Source: a virus (Duplodnaviria > Caudoviricetes). Taken from it: a DNA stretch of 38,216 bases. Numbering within the stretch: the first letter of the stretch is position 1; every line of letters begins with the position of its first letter. This document shows positions 36,163 through 38,216 of this stretch, piece after piece. Position numbers and translations under genes: made by a program. Location: IMG/VR virus record IMGVR_UViG_3300034150_000093, positions 1 to 38,216 of that record, one strand, 5' to 3'. A model generated the notes under the pieces. The model saw nothing but the letters and a program-made list of their open reading frames with translations. It did not search any database and was not told the DNA's origin.

Positions 36163-36456
36163 CTATAGTCCGGGTAGGATGCCCAGCCGTTCTCGTGCCA
36201 GAGCATCCATCGGTCGGGTCCAAACACCATGTGCGTTGATGTACAAGCCGATGTCTTCCGGGTTGACGCACCATCCGTTCTTCCGGTGTGCGTCAAAATT
36301 GCTGACCGTTCCAAAAGTTCCCGCGCAAACCGTACAATGTGCCTGATTCCCATTCGGCTTCCGGCAGCTGTTGTCGCAGCAGTTGCCGAGTGGAAGGTTC
36401 CTGGAAGTCCGCTTGGATGCAGGCGTCCGCCACGGGCGGTCGTGGTGTGCCATCAT
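36163..36456 (-). CDS. FDxHR-type zinc-binding protein
   Basis: AHCTVC..TF.....FDAHR..G.C..P. Confidence 0.7.
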   Translation of the reverse strand: MMAHHDRPWRTPASKRTSRNLPLGNCCDNSCRKPNGNQAHCTVCAGTFGTVSNFDAHRKNGWCVNPEDIGLYINAHGVWTRPMDALARERLGILPGL

Positions 36457-36761
36457 AGCCTGCTGGGCAACGCCACAGGAGACGTCATGACGGTGAACGT
36501 ACCCTCCAGTACCGGTTCGTCGTTTCGGCGCTCCTGACGCCACACGCACTCGGTGGAATGAGGCTTCTCCGGCATGTCTCCTGGTTCATCTCGGGTGATC
36601 GCCCAGACGGCCGCCCAGCACGGGATGCAGCAGAAGTTGACTTTGTCGCCGGGAAAAACGACCACTTTCGAATCGCAGTCGGGATTGGTGTCCCGGCCTG
36701 GACACCAAGTGAACTGTCGGTCTTCTACCGGATCGCCGCCGGGAAGATCGTACTTCGACAT
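36453..36761 (-). CDS. Cys-rich hypothetical protein
   Basis: GAGGAG RBS; C...C...CC..C...H...C. Confidence 0.6.
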   Translation of the reverse strand: MSKYDLPGGDPVEDRQFTWCPGRDTNPDCDSKVVVFPGDKVNFCCIPCWAAVWAITRDEPGDMPEKPHSTECVWRQERRNDEPVLEGTFTVMTSPVALPSRL

Positions 36762-36807
36762 GAGTTCTGCTCCTCGCTCGAAGAAACTGTCGGACCCGTA
36801 AGGGTGG

Positions 36808-37104
36808 TTAGCTTTCTTCATGATCGGATTCCTTGATCCACACGACACCCAGGCGGTCGGTCACGTCCGGCTTGATCATATAGCGGGTTCCGGTCAGCTC
36901 CGACCACTCGTCAACGTTCGTGCGCATGCTTCCGATGCTGATGTAGTCCCAGTCACCATCGGTGATCAGATGGCCGAACCGGATCAAACCAACCAGATCT
37001 GATCCTTCCGCCCACACAAAACCACAACCGCCGATCTGTGTCGGTTCCGACTTTCCAAGAACCAGCCAAGCTTGGGTCCCGGCCGGAAAGTCAATCGTCA
37101 ACAC
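36808..37104 (-). CDS. Hypothetical protein
   Basis: GGAAGAGG RBS; tight operon packing. Confidence 0.55.
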   Translation of the reverse strand: MLTIDFPAGTQAWLVLGKSEPTQIGGCGFVWAEGSDLVGLIRFGHLITDGDWDYISIGSMRTNVDEWSELTGTRYMIKPDVTDRLGVVWIKESDHEES

Positions 37105-37291
37105 CGGGAACCTCTTCCACGTCCACGCAGACGATAATGTTGTCTCTGTTCCGACTGAACTGCCGGACGAGCCGTTTACCGTCTTTGACGATCGGCAGTT
37201 CGGCTCGCCCGGTCATCGCCAAGTCGATCATCACCCGATGGTATTCCTGAGCCACCTGGCGGCGAACCTTCTCAATCTCGGCCTCATCCAT
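37091..37291 (-). CDS. Hypothetical protein
   Basis: GGGAGGAG RBS. Confidence 0.6.
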   Translation of the reverse strand: MDEAEIEKVRRQVAQEYHRVMIDLAMTGRAELPIVKDGKRLVRQFSRNRDNIIVCVDVEEVPGVDD

Positions 37292-37508
37292 CCGTCTCCT
37301 CCCGAAACACGGCCACCACCACCGGGGCGGTCAACGTGGAGCTTCCGGTCGAGAAAGACACTTCGACACCCATCCGCCCGTACATTTTGGCAAAGAAGTC
37401 GTGATTCTTCTTCGACTCGACAGCCGCTTCCTCCCTGGACAACCGGGAATCCAAGCCGAACGCCAGATGAATCTTGTCGCCACGCCGCAAAATGGTGGTC
37501 ACGAGCAC
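37284..37508 (-). CDS. Hypothetical protein
   Basis: GAAGGGGGAG RBS before GTG 37508. Confidence 0.55.
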   Translation of the reverse strand: MLVTTILRRGDKIHLAFGLDSRLSREEAAVESKKNHDFFAKMYGRMGVEVSFSTGSSTLTAPVVVAVFREETDG

Positions 37509-37939
37509 TCTCCCCCTTCGGCGTGGTCCATGTGGTCGCACGGGATGTACGGAGAAGTATCCGCTGCCGCGCGCAGCACGTCGGCGACATCGACGAGTTC
37601 CAGAAGAATCTTCATGTCCACGTCCTGTGCTGCCAGCCTGGATACCACATCCACGATCGTGTCGGCGTACACGCCGTCACTTTCGAGTCGTTCGGCTGCG
37701 ATTCCCCGCGCCATGTTCAGCTGAGCGACAAGGAACATGATCACCGTGGGGATGGCGGCAAGTGGCAAGTTGAAAATGATGCCGCTCACAGACATCGACA
37801 CTTCTGCCATCTTATCCTGATCGCCGCCCGCGTCACGGGCGACGTAGTCGATGTGGCAGAGAGTTTCAGTCAACTCTTCCAGCCTCGCGGACATCGCCTC
37901 CGGATCAAACGACATTCCAGGGTTTTCAGACATTTCCAC
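37499..37939 (-). CDS. Hypothetical protein
   Basis: AAGGAG RBS before GTG 37939. Confidence 0.65.
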   Translation of the reverse strand: MEMSENPGMSFDPEAMSARLEELTETLCHIDYVARDAGGDQDKMAEVSMSVSGIIFNLPLAAIPTVIMFLVAQLNMARGIAAERLESDGVYADTIVDVVSRLAAQDVDMKILLELVDVADVLRAAADTSPYIPCDHMDHAEGGECS

Positions 37940-38126
37940 TATTTACTCCTTCATCATCGTAACTTTCCACAACACCTTCAGTGTCACATTCCTGGCACGG
38001 ATGTTCCCAATCCTCTCTGCTTGGAACACCTACACTTTTCCATCCGACCCCTGAACATTTTTGACACCTGACCGGGTTGACCAGTCGAATCTTCGCCGGT
38101 CTTCCTCGACCGTATTTTCCGCTCAT
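37926..38126 (-). CDS. Small DnaJ-like zinc-finger protein
   Basis: CQKCSGVG...CQECDTEG; GGGGAG RBS. Confidence 0.6.
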   Translation of the reverse strand: MSGKYGRGRPAKIRLVNPVRCQKCSGVGWKSVGVPSREDWEHPCQECDTEGVVESYDDEGVNSGNV

Positions 38127-38216
38127 TGTCGAATCTCCCCGACTTGGCCCGGATGGTGCAGAGTCCACTCTCGCTTCCTCTTAGCCACAACTCTACCACG
38201 CACATACTTTCAAGTA

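Noticed and set aside
35958-36353. 131-aa minus-strand ORF
   Set aside because: It overlaps the FDxHR gene and runs through a clear terminator; likely spurious.
36962-38071. 369-aa plus-strand ORF and other long antisense ORFs (e.g. 2477-3325, 13370-14251)
   Set aside because: They shadow well-supported opposite-strand genes and show no motifs or RBS, as expected in GC-rich DNA.

Overview
This window is about 38 kb of a tailed dsDNA phage, most likely a siphovirus of an actinomycete (inferred from gene content). The left 26.7 kb is a mostly minus-strand virion module: terminase, DUF1360-like membrane protein, portal, MuF-like protein, head protease fusion, two capsid-type proteins, major tail, neck/adaptor, tail chaperones, tape measure and minor tails. 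Two plus-strand blocks interrupt it: a pair of fibre genes, and small accessory genes including a HAD phosphatase. The right part has a tRNA-like RNA plus tRNA-Leu(CAA), a C5 methyltransferase, ThyX, dCTP deaminase, a Cas4-like nuclease, SSB, a primase-helicase and small ORFs. Five observations stand out. (1) A terminase intein carries its HNH endonuclease in a different reading frame, with its own embedded leaderless promoter. (2) A 2H phosphoesterase is fused to the head protease, in what looks like a polyprotein cleaved at VxAS sites. (3) A tRNA-like RNA has its anticodon arm replaced by a longer structure. (4) The signature TAnnnT-N6-start recurs eight times. (5) An exact 32-bp repeat sits at the module boundary of the two fibre genes. 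No integrase or lysin was recognised. All calls come from reading motifs; no database searches were run.
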